This document shows, piece by piece, positions 8,694 through 18,160 of a stretch of 50,954 nucleotides of DNA. The DNA lies in contig PMIX01000081.1 in NCBI GenBank assembly GCA_003158395.1, positions 1-50,954 on the forward strand, given 5' to 3'. This stretch comes from Myxococcales bacterium (GTDB lineage Bacteria > Myxococcota_A > Polyangia > Fen-1088). How positions within the stretch are numbered: position 1 is the first letter of the stretch; every line of letters begins with the position of its first letter. A program made the translations under genes and the position numbers. The notes beneath the pieces are model-generated. The model was not told the origin of the DNA. It did not search any database and saw only the letters and a list, made by a program, of their open reading frames with translations.

Positions 8694-11492
8694 ATGAACA
8701 AGCTTCGATTTTTCCATTGCCTGGTTTGGTTGGTGAACTGCACCGTTGCTGTGGGGTGCAATCGATCGTCGGGAACCTATGTGGTGCTTGATTTCCAGGG
8801 CGCCGTCCCGACCCCGCCGCCAATTCACAGCATCGCGCTGGACCTGGACATGAGCGGCCAGAAGGCCCCGGCGGTTTTCACAGCACCTAGTGGAGGGGAA
8901 ATCAAGCTCCCAACGGATGCTGTCCTGCAGATCCAACATGGCTCGGGGGATCTCACAGTGACCGCAACGGCCAAGTCGGCGGACGGCAGGGTTGTGGGCA
9001 CTGGGACGGGCTCGGGCAAGGTGGTGGCTGGTCAAACCATCCACGTCACCGTGGTCTTCGGCGGCATCGGGGGCGACGCAGGGCTAAGCAGGGATGGATC
9101 AGGGGACGTGGCCACAGAGGGCCCTGCCGGCAGTGGCGGAGCGACTGGTACCGGTGGGGCAGGGATGGACGGCCCTGGCGGCACTGACGGCGCAGGCGGT
9201 GCCAGCGGTGGCGCCGGCGGCGGAGCGGCTGGCGCCGGTGGGGCAGGGGGCGGGGCTCAGGATGCTGGTCCCGACGGGCCCAGCGGAGGCACGGGCGGCG
9301 GAACCGGAGCAGCGAAAATCGTCAGCGAGCCGTCGGCGCTGCCTTTCGGCGACATACGTGTCGGCAGCACGAGCGCCCCGATGTCGACTATCATTCGCAA
9401 CCTCGGCAACGCACCGGCACCGGCGCTGTCGGTGAAGCTGCCCCCGACAGCCTCGTCGTTTGAGATAAAGGCTGATCTGTGCTCCGGCAAGATGCTGGCG
9501 CCCGACGATACCTGTACGATTTCGGTGGTCTTCTATCCCACCGCACTGGGGTCCGTGTCGGCTGTGTTGTCCGTGGATGCGGGAGGCGTCAGTGGCACGG
9601 ACATCACCCTGACCGGCACGGGCGTTTCGCTGCCCCTCGAGGTGTTGACTCTTCAACCCACACAGGGATCGTTTGGTGCGGTCGATGTTGGTAGCAGCAG
9701 CAGCGTCACCTTCGCCGTGACCAGTTCATCTGCGTCCGCGCTGTTTGTCAGCAACACGGGCGGTCCCGTTTTCCAACTCACCGACGACCACTGCAGCAAT
9801 TGGGTACCGGCCGTCAGCACGGCGTGCACCTTTGGGGTGACCTTCGCACCCAGCGCCGCTGGTCCAGCCAGCGGAACTGTGACAGTGAAACCGTCCGACG
9901 GGACAACGCCTGTGACCGCGGCGTTGTCCGGGGCTGGTCGTGACTATGTCACCCTGTCGGTCAAACTGACGGGAAACGGAACCGGAACCGTGGCGGGATC
10001 CGGCCTGACCTGCCAGGCAGGGATCTGCACGGGCCGGTACCCGACCACTGAGCCGCCCGGCTCGCCTTCGGCACCCACAGTTACCTTGACGGCCAAGCCT
10101 GACCTCTCCTCGACATTCGGGGGCTGGATGGGCGGCGGATGTGCCGCCGCGAGCACATGCACGGTCGTGCTGACCTCGTCCACCACGGTGGCGGCGACAT
10201 TCAACGCCGTCACGGTCACACCACTCATGGTTGAAGTGGGACTCAACGCCTTGGGGTTGGCCGGCCAGACTGGAAGCTTGCGCTCGGCCGACAACAGCCT
10301 GACCTGTTCTGGCTCGTGCGCGCCTGTCCCCTATCCGGCTGGGTCCACCATCGCGCTGTCGGCAAAACCCGATCCTGGCTTCACCTTCATCGGCTGGACC
10401 GAGGGGCCCTGCCGTGGCACGTCCCCCGTATGCACGTTTGCACCTACCAGCGACGTCGTCGTCTCGGCCACCTTCGGCCCGCAGGCCTACATGTTCGTCA
10501 CGTCGAGCATGGTGATTCCTGGAAAGTTGGGCGGCGTGGCGGGCGCGGACGTTGAATGCACGAAGCGTGCGGCAGCGGCCGGCCTGCCGGGAAACTACCG
10601 GGCCTGGCTGTCGAGCAGCGCCGTGGATGCCAAGTCCAGGGTCGGCAACGGAGGCTGGGTGCGCGTGGATGGTCGGCCCTTCGCGCGCAACCTAGCGACA
10701 CTGGGTGTGCTCACGAACCAGGTCTTGTACTACCCGCCGCGGATCGACGAGATGGGCAACGATGTGGGGCCGGGCCATGTCATGGTCGCGACCGGTGGCA
10801 ACCAGGACGGCTCAAGCTTTGCCAGCCAGTGCGGCGACTACACGGACCCCGCCGGAAGCCTCTATGTGGGAGACGCCATTGCGGGCAGCGGCTACTGGGC
10901 CCACAGCCAACTCATGACGAATGGCTGTTCAACTGCAGTTCGGCTGTACTGTTTCAACTCCACTGCGACGGGGGACATCAACCCCGCGCCGCTGCCGGGC
11001 CGCCATGTCTTCGTCACCGCCTCAGGATGGTCGCCATCCGGCGGTATCGCCAACGCGGACGCTTTCTGCCGGGCCGACGCCGCCGCGGCCAATCTTGCAA
11101 ACGCCCCCGTTTTCGTCGCCTTGCTCGCCACCAGCACGGCAACGGCGGCTTCGCGCCTCACCATGGGCGGCGCACCGTGGAAGCGGGTTGACGACGTCTT
11201 CGTTTTCCGTAGCCCGAACGATTTGACGACGAACAACCTGCTCGCACCGGTCGATTTGGTGGCGGACGGCAGCCTCTATGGCGATTTCAGCTTTTGGTCA
11301 GGAGCCAAGGATCCCGGCTCAGCCAGCCCAGCAGATGCTTCGTGCCAGGACTGGAGCACATCAAGCGCCGCAGCCCACGGGCTGTACGGCAACGCGAACC
11401 TTTCCGGTGGGCCTGAGTGGTTTGGCAACCCGACGACGACACCAAATACTTGCGACAGAACCAACACTCGTCTGCTGTGCGCTGAGCCCTGA
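8694..11492 (+). CDS. large mosaic surface lipoprotein (932 aa): Gly-rich linker, two choice-of-anchor-D/HYDIN-like domains, two divergent InlB-B-repeat-like domains, two DUF1554-like Cys modules
   Basis: The track ORF 8481.. overlaps the upstream gene. ATG at 8694 gives MNKLRFFHCLVWLVNCTVAVGC (lipobox). Domain calls rest on motif recollection: PFGDIRVGSTS...TCTISVVFYP, TLTAKPDLSSTFGGWMGGGC...TCTV, and FVTS...GKLGGVAGADVEC...YRAWLS. Confidence 0.8.
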   Translation: MNKLRFFHCLVWLVNCTVAVGCNRSSGTYVVLDFQGAVPTPPPIHSIALDLDMSGQKAPAVFTAPSGGEIKLPTDAVLQIQHGSGDLTVTATAKSADGRVVGTGTGSGKVVAGQTIHVTVVFGGIGGDAGLSRDGSGDVATEGPAGSGGATGTGGAGMDGPGGTDGAGGASGGAGGGAAGAGGAGGGAQDAGPDGPSGGTGGGTGAAKIVSEPSALPFGDIRVGSTSAPMSTIIRNLGNAPAPALSVKLPPTASSFEIKADLCSGKMLAPDDTCTISVVFYPTALGSVSAVLSVDAGGVSGTDITLTGTGVSLPLEVLTLQPTQGSFGAVDVGSSSSVTFAVTSSSASALFVSNTGGPVFQLTDDHCSNWVPAVSTACTFGVTFAPSAAGPASGTVTVKPSDGTTPVTAALSGAGRDYVTLSVKLTGNGTGTVAGSGLTCQAGICTGRYPTTEPPGSPSAPTVTLTAKPDLSSTFGGWMGGGCAAASTCTVVLTSSTTVAATFNAVTVTPLMVEVGLNALGLAGQTGSLRSADNSLTCSGSCAPVPYPAGSTIALSAKPDPGFTFIGWTEGPCRGTSPVCTFAPTSDVVVSATFGPQAYMFVTSSMVIPGKLGGVAGADVECTKRAAAAGLPGNYRAWLSSSAVDAKSRVGNGGWVRVDGRPFARNLATLGVLTNQVLYYPPRIDEMGNDVGPGHVMVATGGNQDGSSFASQCGDYTDPAGSLYVGDAIAGSGYWAHSQLMTNGCSTAVRLYCFNSTATGDINPAPLPGRHVFVTASGWSPSGGIANADAFCRADAAAANLANAPVFVALLATSTATAASRLTMGGAPWKRVDDVFVFRSPNDLTTNNLLAPVDLVADGSLYGDFSFWSGAKDPGSASPADASCQDWSTSSAAAHGLYGNANLSGGPEWFGNPTTTPNTCDRTNTRLLCAEP

Positions 11493-11513
11493 TCGCAAGA
11501 ACCGTTCTTCGCG

Positions 11514-14504
11514 CTACCGGGTCCGCCACGGCTTGGTCGGGGGCACGAGGTCCACTGGGCGGTCGGGGGCCGATGGCCCCACCAGATCGACAGGCGCACC
11601 CAGGTCCACGGGCAAGGCGGGTGCCAGGTTGGCTGGCGCATCGAGATCCACGGGTGGCTCGCTCGCGCCGCTCGGCGCGGCCGCTTGCAGGGCCAGCGGC
11701 CGGAGAGTCATTCTGCCCGCTGTCGCGGCTGTCTGCGGCCGCCCCGGTGAGGGTCGGGCAGAGGGCTGAGCAAGGACGGTGGGTGCGACAGCCGGACGGG
11801 CAGCGGGTGTTGGCCCGCGCGTAGGTTGAACGGGCCGTGCCGCGGCCGGAGCAGGTGACGCCTGCAATGGGCGACGGAGCGGCCCCTGAATGCTTCCCGC
11901 CGGGGCGCCGGCCGGCAGCGAGATTTCGATCGCGTCGCCGGTCGCACCAGACGCTGCGTCCGGGCTAGCTGACGGCCGCTGGCCGGCTGAGGAAGCCGTG
12001 CCCGGCGAGGCGCCCGGGGCCTTGCGCGACACGGTCAGGTAGGGGAGGGCGTCGTCGACCTGGCGCTCAAGCGCCCGCGAGACGTGTTCCTGGCGTCGCT
12101 CCCAAACCAGGTTGATCGTCATCTCGTGGATCTTGGCTTTGATCACGTGATACGGCCGCTCCACATGAATCCCCTTCGCGGTCACGTGGATGACGTGATA
12201 GCCCTTGGGCACCTTCAGGGTGACATTGCCTTCCTTGGGCGTTCCCACCGCCTTGGCGCGATCCTGGTCGAGCCACAGGCGTGCCCCTTCGACCGGGCCG
12301 CTGTCGTCCACCACCGTGATCTTGAATTCTGCCTCGGATGCCTCCAGGTTGAAAACAGCGAACGCGGTCTTGCGGGGAACCACCTCGACCGTCTCAAAGG
12401 GTTCGCTCAAGACCAGAACCTGGCGACCTCGGGTGTAGATGCCATACAAATGAACGAAGTACTTGCCCTTGGGAATGCCCCTAAAGGTCGTGCTGCGTTC
12501 GATGTGCCAGGCCTCAAAGCGCCGTTTGCGTTGACCCAGCCAGTCCAGTTTTTTCTTGTACGCGGTGGGGTTCTCAATCACCGGCGTCTTGGTGCTGCGT
12601 GAGATGAGGACGGAGAACATCTCCTCCTTGGAATCGGGATCCCACTGCACACGCACCACGATGGTACCGCGGAACGAGAGCACGACCACCCACGCCACAG
12701 ACCCCAGCAGCGCCAGCACGCACAGGCCGGCGATCAGGGGGTTGACCATCACCAGGCCCGTGGATCGGCCGATGAGTGCGCCGCTGGCTCTGTGCACCTT
12801 CTGCTTGGAAACATCAAATAGAATCAGATCGACGTTCACCCAGGGGGCCGCCAGCCCAGCCGGCCGGATGCGGTACATGAGCACGGCCTCGCTGCCCATG
12901 TCGTGCGCCAGGACCGCAAGCGCGTCTTCCGTGGCTCTGCTGGCAGAAATCTCCTCGGTGCGGACCTGCGAGCGCGAGGCAGAAAGCTCCCAGGGCGGGC
13001 GCATGAGCGCTTCCAACAAGCCGCCCGAAAGCCGCTCGGACCGGACCAAGAAGGGCCAGTAGAAGGGTTGACCGCTTCCCGGCAGAGGCGCGATGGTCAC
13101 CGCAGTCAGCGTCGGCTCGTAAAGCAGGTCGAACTTCTGCAGGAGCGTATGCAGGTTTCTCGCCAGCGTCGAGGGCGGCCCCACGGGCTTCTCCGCCCCG
13201 CCAGCAGCGGCGCGGACCTGTTCCGATTCGGCTTGGCGCGACTTGATTTCCTGGCTCAGGGCTGCCGCCGCCGGGTCCGCCCCGCCCACCTTGTCCAGGC
13301 GAGCGCTGACGGCCTTAACTTGCTCCGTGCTCAAATCCTGAACCTTGATGAGAGGAGCCGCCTGACTGACTGCCGCGCCGCCGGTCAAGGCGCGCGCAGC
13401 CACGGTGGACGCCAGGCCCGGCTCCTGGGGCGCGAGCTTCTGTGCGGCCGCCAGGGCAGCCGCCTCCACCTGCGGCCCAAAGGTCCCGGGGGCCGATCTG
13501 GCCACAAGGGGAAGAACCACGCGCCACTCGGAGGCGGGTCGACCCAGCAAGGGCGACAGCGCCTCGTCGCGCTTTGCCACTGAATCGCCGCGCTCGACGG
13601 CCAGCGCGGCCCTTGCCACCACCACGGCCGGCACGTTGCGCGCACCCTCGAGCATGTCGAGTTCACGTTCGGCAGCGTCAAAATCCCTTAGGGCGACTTT
13701 GGCGCGGGCCTTGGCGGCACGCAGAGCGACGTTCTTGGGATCAGCCGCCAGGCCTTCTTCGGCCAGTTCAACCGCGGCGGCCCAGTCGCCCATGAGCATG
13801 CGCGCCTGCACCCGCGTCTGTTTGAGCAGGCCGGGCTCGTCGGCCAGGGAGCCAAGAAGGTCAAGCACGCCGGGCAGATTTGCGGTCGTGTTGGGCAGCG
13901 CGACCTCGATCGCGCGTGCCGCGGCGGCGGCGTCACCAACCAGCAACGCGGCCTGTGCCGCCACGAATGGGCGCAGATCAGCCAGGCCCACGGCCGGGCC
14001 TTCCACGACGGTGGCGCCGATAGCGGGGGCCAGATGTAGGGCGAGCTGGCGAGCCATGTCGCCGATCTCACCCATGGCCGCGCCCACCGAAATGCGGCCG
14101 ACGCGCTTGCCCGCGGGGCCATAGACCAGGCCGGCCACCATCAAGTGTTTGGCAGACTGTTGCAGCTGCGCGACCAGAATGCGGTCGGCACCGAGTTGCT
14201 CAGCGATCCTAGGTGCCAGGTCTTGGGTCACGGTCAGGCTGCCACGCGGGGCACGGCCGGTGAAAGCCTCGATGGCGAGGGCGAGCTCGTGCCGCGGCAC
14301 CAGATGGCGCTCGCCAGGTTTCAGATAGGAGCGCAGGAGCAGGGACACCGCAGCAGCCTCCACGCTGAGTTCTGGCGGGGCGCTGAGGTCCGGGAGCACA
14401 GCCGCGCCTTGAGCCGCCGCGGGTCGCGCCGGCGCCAAGGCCCCGAGCAAGAGCGCGGCCAGCAGGGCCGGACAAAGGCGAGCGCTGGCGCGGGTTACGG
14501 GCAT
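11514..14504 (-). CDS. 996-aa single-TM envelope protein (signal peptide, helical/TPR-like N-terminal region, one TM, beta-rich PEGA/CarboxypepD_reg-like region, Pro-rich tail with PVDL repeats)
   Basis: Signal MPVTRASARLCPALLAALLLGALAPARPAAAQG. Single TM LIAGLCVLALLGSVAWVVVLSF (about nt 12672-12755). Beta-rich block FKITVVDDSGPVEGARLWL...GNVTLKVPKGYHVIHV. Consistent G/C3 bias. Confidence 0.8.
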   Translation of the reverse strand: MPVTRASARLCPALLAALLLGALAPARPAAAQGAAVLPDLSAPPELSVEAAAVSLLLRSYLKPGERHLVPRHELALAIEAFTGRAPRGSLTVTQDLAPRIAEQLGADRILVAQLQQSAKHLMVAGLVYGPAGKRVGRISVGAAMGEIGDMARQLALHLAPAIGATVVEGPAVGLADLRPFVAAQAALLVGDAAAAARAIEVALPNTTANLPGVLDLLGSLADEPGLLKQTRVQARMLMGDWAAAVELAEEGLAADPKNVALRAAKARAKVALRDFDAAERELDMLEGARNVPAVVVARAALAVERGDSVAKRDEALSPLLGRPASEWRVVLPLVARSAPGTFGPQVEAAALAAAQKLAPQEPGLASTVAARALTGGAAVSQAAPLIKVQDLSTEQVKAVSARLDKVGGADPAAAALSQEIKSRQAESEQVRAAAGGAEKPVGPPSTLARNLHTLLQKFDLLYEPTLTAVTIAPLPGSGQPFYWPFLVRSERLSGGLLEALMRPPWELSASRSQVRTEEISASRATEDALAVLAHDMGSEAVLMYRIRPAGLAAPWVNVDLILFDVSKQKVHRASGALIGRSTGLVMVNPLIAGLCVLALLGSVAWVVVLSFRGTIVVRVQWDPDSKEEMFSVLISRSTKTPVIENPTAYKKKLDWLGQRKRRFEAWHIERSTTFRGIPKGKYFVHLYGIYTRGRQVLVLSEPFETVEVVPRKTAFAVFNLEASEAEFKITVVDDSGPVEGARLWLDQDRAKAVGTPKEGNVTLKVPKGYHVIHVTAKGIHVERPYHVIKAKIHEMTINLVWERRQEHVSRALERQVDDALPYLTVSRKAPGASPGTASSAGQRPSASPDAASGATGDAIEISLPAGAPAGSIQGPLRRPLQASPAPAAARPVQPTRGPTPAARPAVAPTVLAQPSARPSPGRPQTAATAGRMTLRPLALQAAAPSGASEPPVDLDAPANLAPALPVDLGAPVDLVGPSAPDRPVDLVPPTKPWRTR

Positions 14505-14614
14505 CGCGAGGGTCTTCTCTTGATCTTCGTCGGTTTGGTCGACAAATCAATGCCACCGCGATCCCCTTCAGCGACGTATCGCGATCGCGTCAGGGGGTGC
14601 TAGAGTCGGTGGCG

Positions 14615-15844
14615 ATGTCCAGGCCATCCTTTCTACTCGCCGCTTGCTTCGTGGTTGTGGCTGTGGGCGGCTGTCGCTCCGATCCCAACAAACCGCTCGG
14701 TCTCGCCGATTCATACGTCTTGTTCGCGCCCGTGGCGGGAAAGTCGGATGGCGCACTCCCTGTCGTGCGCCGTCTCGATATCAAAGACGAGGCTGTGCAG
14801 CCACTTCCCCGGCTGCTCGAGTCGAGCTTCGCTTTCGAGATGGTGCGCACATCCTACTTGGTCAAGCAGTTCGTTCGCGAGGCCAGCGTTGACGGCCAAC
14901 GGTTCACGGCAACTGCGCAACGCAATGCTGCGGAGCCGACCTGCCTGGTCCTGGGGCTGGAGCGACAGCCCTACGGACTCGGACTGGCATTGGCCCAGAC
15001 CTTCGGCGGCCCACAGCCGCGGCCACATCTGCCGTGGATCGGCTTGCCTGCCGATCCCTCTGCCGACAAGGCGCTGGTGCAAACCCTGGCCGGCCGCTTG
15101 GCTACCTATGTCGCGCATTTTGTCGGCACGGGTGGGGCACTCACCGACGCCCCCGCGCCTTCGCCGGTCCTCGTCGAAGGTTTCCGCATTGCAATGGAGA
15201 CCATCGCGCGCGAGTGGCGGGTGGGAACCGGCCCGGCTGGCGTGATCCAGGTTGAAGAGGGCTCAACCGCACAGCGTGAAATCTTCGCCAATGTGCGTGA
15301 GAATCGATATGTCCTCCGCCCGGACGGGGCAACCCCACGCGACGCACGTGACCTGCTCAAGGATCCGGGCGTGGCCGCCACGGTCATCTACCGCATGGCC
15401 CAATCGCGCGCCCTGGCCGGACGCGCGGCACCTGAAGCCTTCTACTCGCCCTTTGCCTCGAACCGTTTTCCCCCGGGCATAAGCCCGGCGGCCATACTTG
15501 GGACCTTCCGGAACTTCCAGGCCAAGTTGCTCGGCACCTGGGCCGCGGCAGTGCTGCGCAGCCGCGCGCCCCGGGACGTGATCGATTTGGTCGAGCTGTA
15601 CGGGGGCGCCTTTCCGGCTGAGCGTTTCGAAGCCGTCCGCGTCTTCGTGGTGACGACATACGGGGCGACGGTCGAGGTTGGGGGCGTGTCAACCAAAGCC
15701 AAAGACGCGACCCGTGTCCTAGAGGAGCTGAGCGATCTTACCGCCGAGGTCGTGGCTTCAAAACGCTCGCTCCGCGAAGCCCTAGACGGGAACGGAGCCG
15801 ACACCCGAGACAAGCCGGGTAGGGCATCCGGTCGCGGACAGTAG
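14615..15844 (+). CDS. hypothetical lipoprotein
   Basis: ATG 14615 gives MSRPSFLLAACFVVVAVGGC (lipobox); the track start is 14597. Divergent from the 996-aa gene. I recognise no family. Confidence 0.65.
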   Translation: MSRPSFLLAACFVVVAVGGCRSDPNKPLGLADSYVLFAPVAGKSDGALPVVRRLDIKDEAVQPLPRLLESSFAFEMVRTSYLVKQFVREASVDGQRFTATAQRNAAEPTCLVLGLERQPYGLGLALAQTFGGPQPRPHLPWIGLPADPSADKALVQTLAGRLATYVAHFVGTGGALTDAPAPSPVLVEGFRIAMETIAREWRVGTGPAGVIQVEEGSTAQREIFANVRENRYVLRPDGATPRDARDLLKDPGVAATVIYRMAQSRALAGRAAPEAFYSPFASNRFPPGISPAAILGTFRNFQAKLLGTWAAAVLRSRAPRDVIDLVELYGGAFPAERFEAVRVFVVTTYGATVEVGGVSTKAKDATRVLEELSDLTAEVVASKRSLREALDGNGADTRDKPGRASGRGQ

Positions 15845-15922
15845 CGGACAGAAAAACTGGCGTCGTTTCGCGATGTTGCGGTATGAAAGCTCAATGAGTT
15901 CTTTCAAGGAAGAGGGGGCGCC

Positions 15923-16927
15923 ATGAAGCGCGCACTTATCACTGGAATCACTGGTCAGGATGGCTCGTACCTAGCTGAGCTTCTCCTGGCCAAGGGCTAC
16001 GAGGTCTTCGGCATCATTCGGCGCTCAAGCTCATTCAACACCGAGCGCATCGAGCCCATCTATCAGGATCCGCACAGCGCCGACTACCGGCTGCGCCTGG
16101 TCTTTGGCGATCTCGACGACGCCAGCTCCATCAACCGCATCATTCAGGCTACCCAACCGACGGAGATCTACAACCTAGGCGCGCAGAGCCACGTGCGGGT
16201 CAGCTTCGACGTGCCCGACTACACGGCCAACACGGTGGCCATGGGAACCTTGCGGCTGCTCGAGGCGGTGCGGGAAAGCGGGGCGCGCTGCCGCCTGTAT
16301 CAGGCGTCTTCCAGCGAGATGTTCGGCTCGTCGCCGCCGCCCCAGAACGAAGACACGTTGTTTCGGCCGCGCAGCCCCTATGCCTGCGCCAAGGTGTTTG
16401 CCCACCAACTGTGCCAGAACTACCGCGATGCCTACGGCCTTTTCATCTGCTGCGGGATCCTGTTCAACCATGAGTCTCCCAGGCGCGGCATACCGTTCGT
16501 CACGCGCAAGATCACGCGCGCCGCAGCCCGCATCCTGCATGGGCTCGACAAGAAGTTGTTCTTGGGCAATCTGGACGCGCAACGCGACTGGGGGTTTGCC
16601 GGCGACTACGTCGCGGCCATGTGGCTGATGCTGCAGCAGGACCGGCCTGACGACTACGTCATCGCGACGGGTGAATCGCACTCGGTGCGGGAAGTCCTGG
16701 ACGTTGCGTTTGGTGCGCTGGGTCTGGATTGGAAGAAACACGTCGAGACCGATCCGCGCTATCTGCGTCCGACCGAGGTGGACCACCTGCGCGGGGACGC
16801 CAGCAAGGCGGCAGCCAAGTTGGGCTGGAAGGCGCGTGTGCGGTTCCGCGAACTTATCGAAATGATGGTACGGTCGGATGAGGCCGACGTGCGAGCTGCG
16901 CTCGCCGGCCGCGCGCCCAACACCTAG
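15923..16927 (+). CDS. gmd: GDP-mannose 4,6-dehydratase
   Basis: N-terminus [38 protein letters not shown], catalytic YACAKV, and NHESPRRG motif typical of Gmd. GAGGGGG Shine-Dalgarno upstream. Confidence 0.95.
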   Translation: MKRALITGITGQDGSYLAELLLAKGYEVFGIIRRSSSFNTERIEPIYQDPHSADYRLRLVFGDLDDASSINRIIQATQPTEIYNLGAQSHVRVSFDVPDYTANTVAMGTLRLLEAVRESGARCRLYQASSSEMFGSSPPPQNEDTLFRPRSPYACAKVFAHQLCQNYRDAYGLFICCGILFNHESPRRGIPFVTRKITRAAARILHGLDKKLFLGNLDAQRDWGFAGDYVAAMWLMLQQDRPDDYVIATGESHSVREVLDVAFGALGLDWKKHVETDPRYLRPTEVDHLRGDASKAAAKLGWKARVRFRELIEMMVRSDEADVRAALAGRAPNT

Positions 16928-16961
16928 TCCGGAAGAAACTCCTCACCGTCGAGAGCCGGTC

Positions 16962-17693
16962 TTGCCACGAACACTCATCGTCATCCCAACCTACAATGAG
17001 CGGGAATGCGTCGAGCCCGTCGTTGCCGCCGTGCGGGCGGCCGTGCCCGAGGCGACGATTCAGATAGTTGACGACAATTCGCCGGACGGGACCGGCGCCG
17101 TGGCCGACCAGATCGCGGCGCGTGACCCGCAGGTGCGCGTGCTGCACAGGGAGCAGAAGGCCGGCCTGGGTGCGGCGTACCTCCATGCCTTCAGCGCGGC
17201 GCTGGCGGAAGGCTGGGAACGCATTGTGCAGATGGACGCAGATCTCTCGCACAATCCGGCCGACGTGCCGCGGCTCCTGCAGGCATTGGAAGAGGGCGCC
17301 GATATGGCGGTTGGGTCGCGCTACGTGCGGGGCGGCGGCACCGAAAACTGGGGACTGGGCCGCCGGATCATCAGCCGCGGCGGCGGGCTCTACGCCCGCC
17401 TGGCTCTTGGGGTCGGGGTTCACGACCTGACGGCCGGGTTCAAGGCATGGAAGGCTGCGACCTTGCACGGGATCGACCTCGGGGCAGTCAACGCCCGCGG
17501 CTATGGGTTCCAGATCGAGATGACCTACCGGACTCTGCGCGCCGGATTCCAGGTGCGCGAGGTGCCGATTCTTTTCGTCGACCGCCGCGTGGGCCTGTCC
17601 AAGATGTCGGGCTCGATCTTCTTCGAGGCACTGACCCTGGTTTGGCAGCTACGATTTCGGGTCGCGCGGGAGAAGAAGTCCGAGGCTGGCTAA
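16962..17693 (+). CDS. polyprenol/dolichol-phosphate mannosyltransferase (GT2, Ppm1/Dpm1-like)
   Basis: Motifs IVIPTYNE, VDDNSPDGT, MDADLSHNP and GSRYVRGGGTENW...DLTAGFKAW. The track ORF starts at 16878 and overlaps gmd by 50 nt. In-frame TTG at 16962 is the first non-overlapping start, so the true start is uncertain. Confidence 0.85.
   Translation: MPRTLIVIPTYNERECVEPVVAAVRAAVPEATIQIVDDNSPDGTGAVADQIAARDPQVRVLHREQKAGLGAAYLHAFSAALAEGWERIVQMDADLSHNPADVPRLLQALEEGADMAVGSRYVRGGGTENWGLGRRIISRGGGLYARLALGVGVHDLTAGFKAWKAATLHGIDLGAVNARGYGFQIEMTYRTLRAGFQVREVPILFVDRRVGLSKMSGSIFFEALTLVWQLRFRVAREKKSEAG
16995..17065. repeat. repeat segment A, copy 1 (copy 2 at 19365-19435)
   Basis: The 71 nt aatgagcgGgaatgcgtcgagcccg...gacgattcagat recur at 19365-19435 with one mismatch, by hand alignment. 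Confidence 0.9.
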
Positions 17694-17732
17694 CGGGCCA
17701 GTGCATTTCTCGTCGCTGGGCCGCGGCCTGAC
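17563..17732. repeat. repeat segment B, copy 1 (copy 2 at 19436-19609): 3' end of the mannosyltransferase gene plus about 40 nt beyond its stop
   Basis: tgccgattct(t/c)ttcgtcgaccgccgcgtgggcctgtccaagatg...gaggctggctaacgggccagtgcat recurs at 19436 onward. There are about four substitutions in the coding part. The tail after the TAA is diverged but alignable. Confidence 0.9.
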
Positions 17733-17887
17733 GCAGTCTACCCCATCTGCGCCCCGCCGAGGCGCCAGTTAGGGGGTGTCCCTATTAGCTGGGGAGCCTG
17801 AACGAGGTACAGGGGAAAGCGGACTATTCCATGGCTCACGCCGGAGAAAGCGCCTTCGTGCTACGCTTAAGATACGGAGACAGTCCA

Positions 17888-18160
17888 ATGGCCACACCGC
17901 AAACACAAATTCCGAAAGCGCTGGAAGAAGCGCTGGCAAAGCTGAGACACGACCCGTCGCATCCGGTGCGCGCCCACCTTGACGAGCTGGACGTGGAGTT
18001 GCGGGTGGTCACCGCTCGCAGGGAGGAGCCGGCGCCCGGCCTGGGTGATCGCATGGCAGCGGCGGGACCGTGGGAAGGCGAGTCCACCGAGGAGATCATC
18101 CGGATTCTGCGCGAGGGACGGGACGCTGGTGGAAACGCGGATACGCCTGAGATCCTGTGA
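17888..18160 (+). CDS. putative antitoxin of the PIN toxin (VapB-position gene, no recognisable DNA-binding fold)
   Basis: ATG 17888 has GGAGA 8 nt upstream. Its TGA overlaps the GTG start of the PIN gene (GTGA at 18157-18160). Small acidic 90-aa product. Assignment is positional only. Confidence 0.5.
   Translation: MATPQTQIPKALEEALAKLRHDPSHPVRAHLDELDVELRVVTARREEPAPGLGDRMAAAGPWEGESTEEIIRILREGRDAGGNADTPEIL

Noticed and set aside
9060-9310. Repetitive ggcgg/ggagc-rich DNA that could be mistaken for a tandem repeat or CRISPR-like array
   Set aside because: It is the in-frame Gly/Ala-rich linker (GGAGGGAAGAGGAGGGA...) of the lipoprotein. It has no regular unit length or spacer structure. The same applies to the Pro/Ala-coding stretches at 8280-8560 and 26620-27560.
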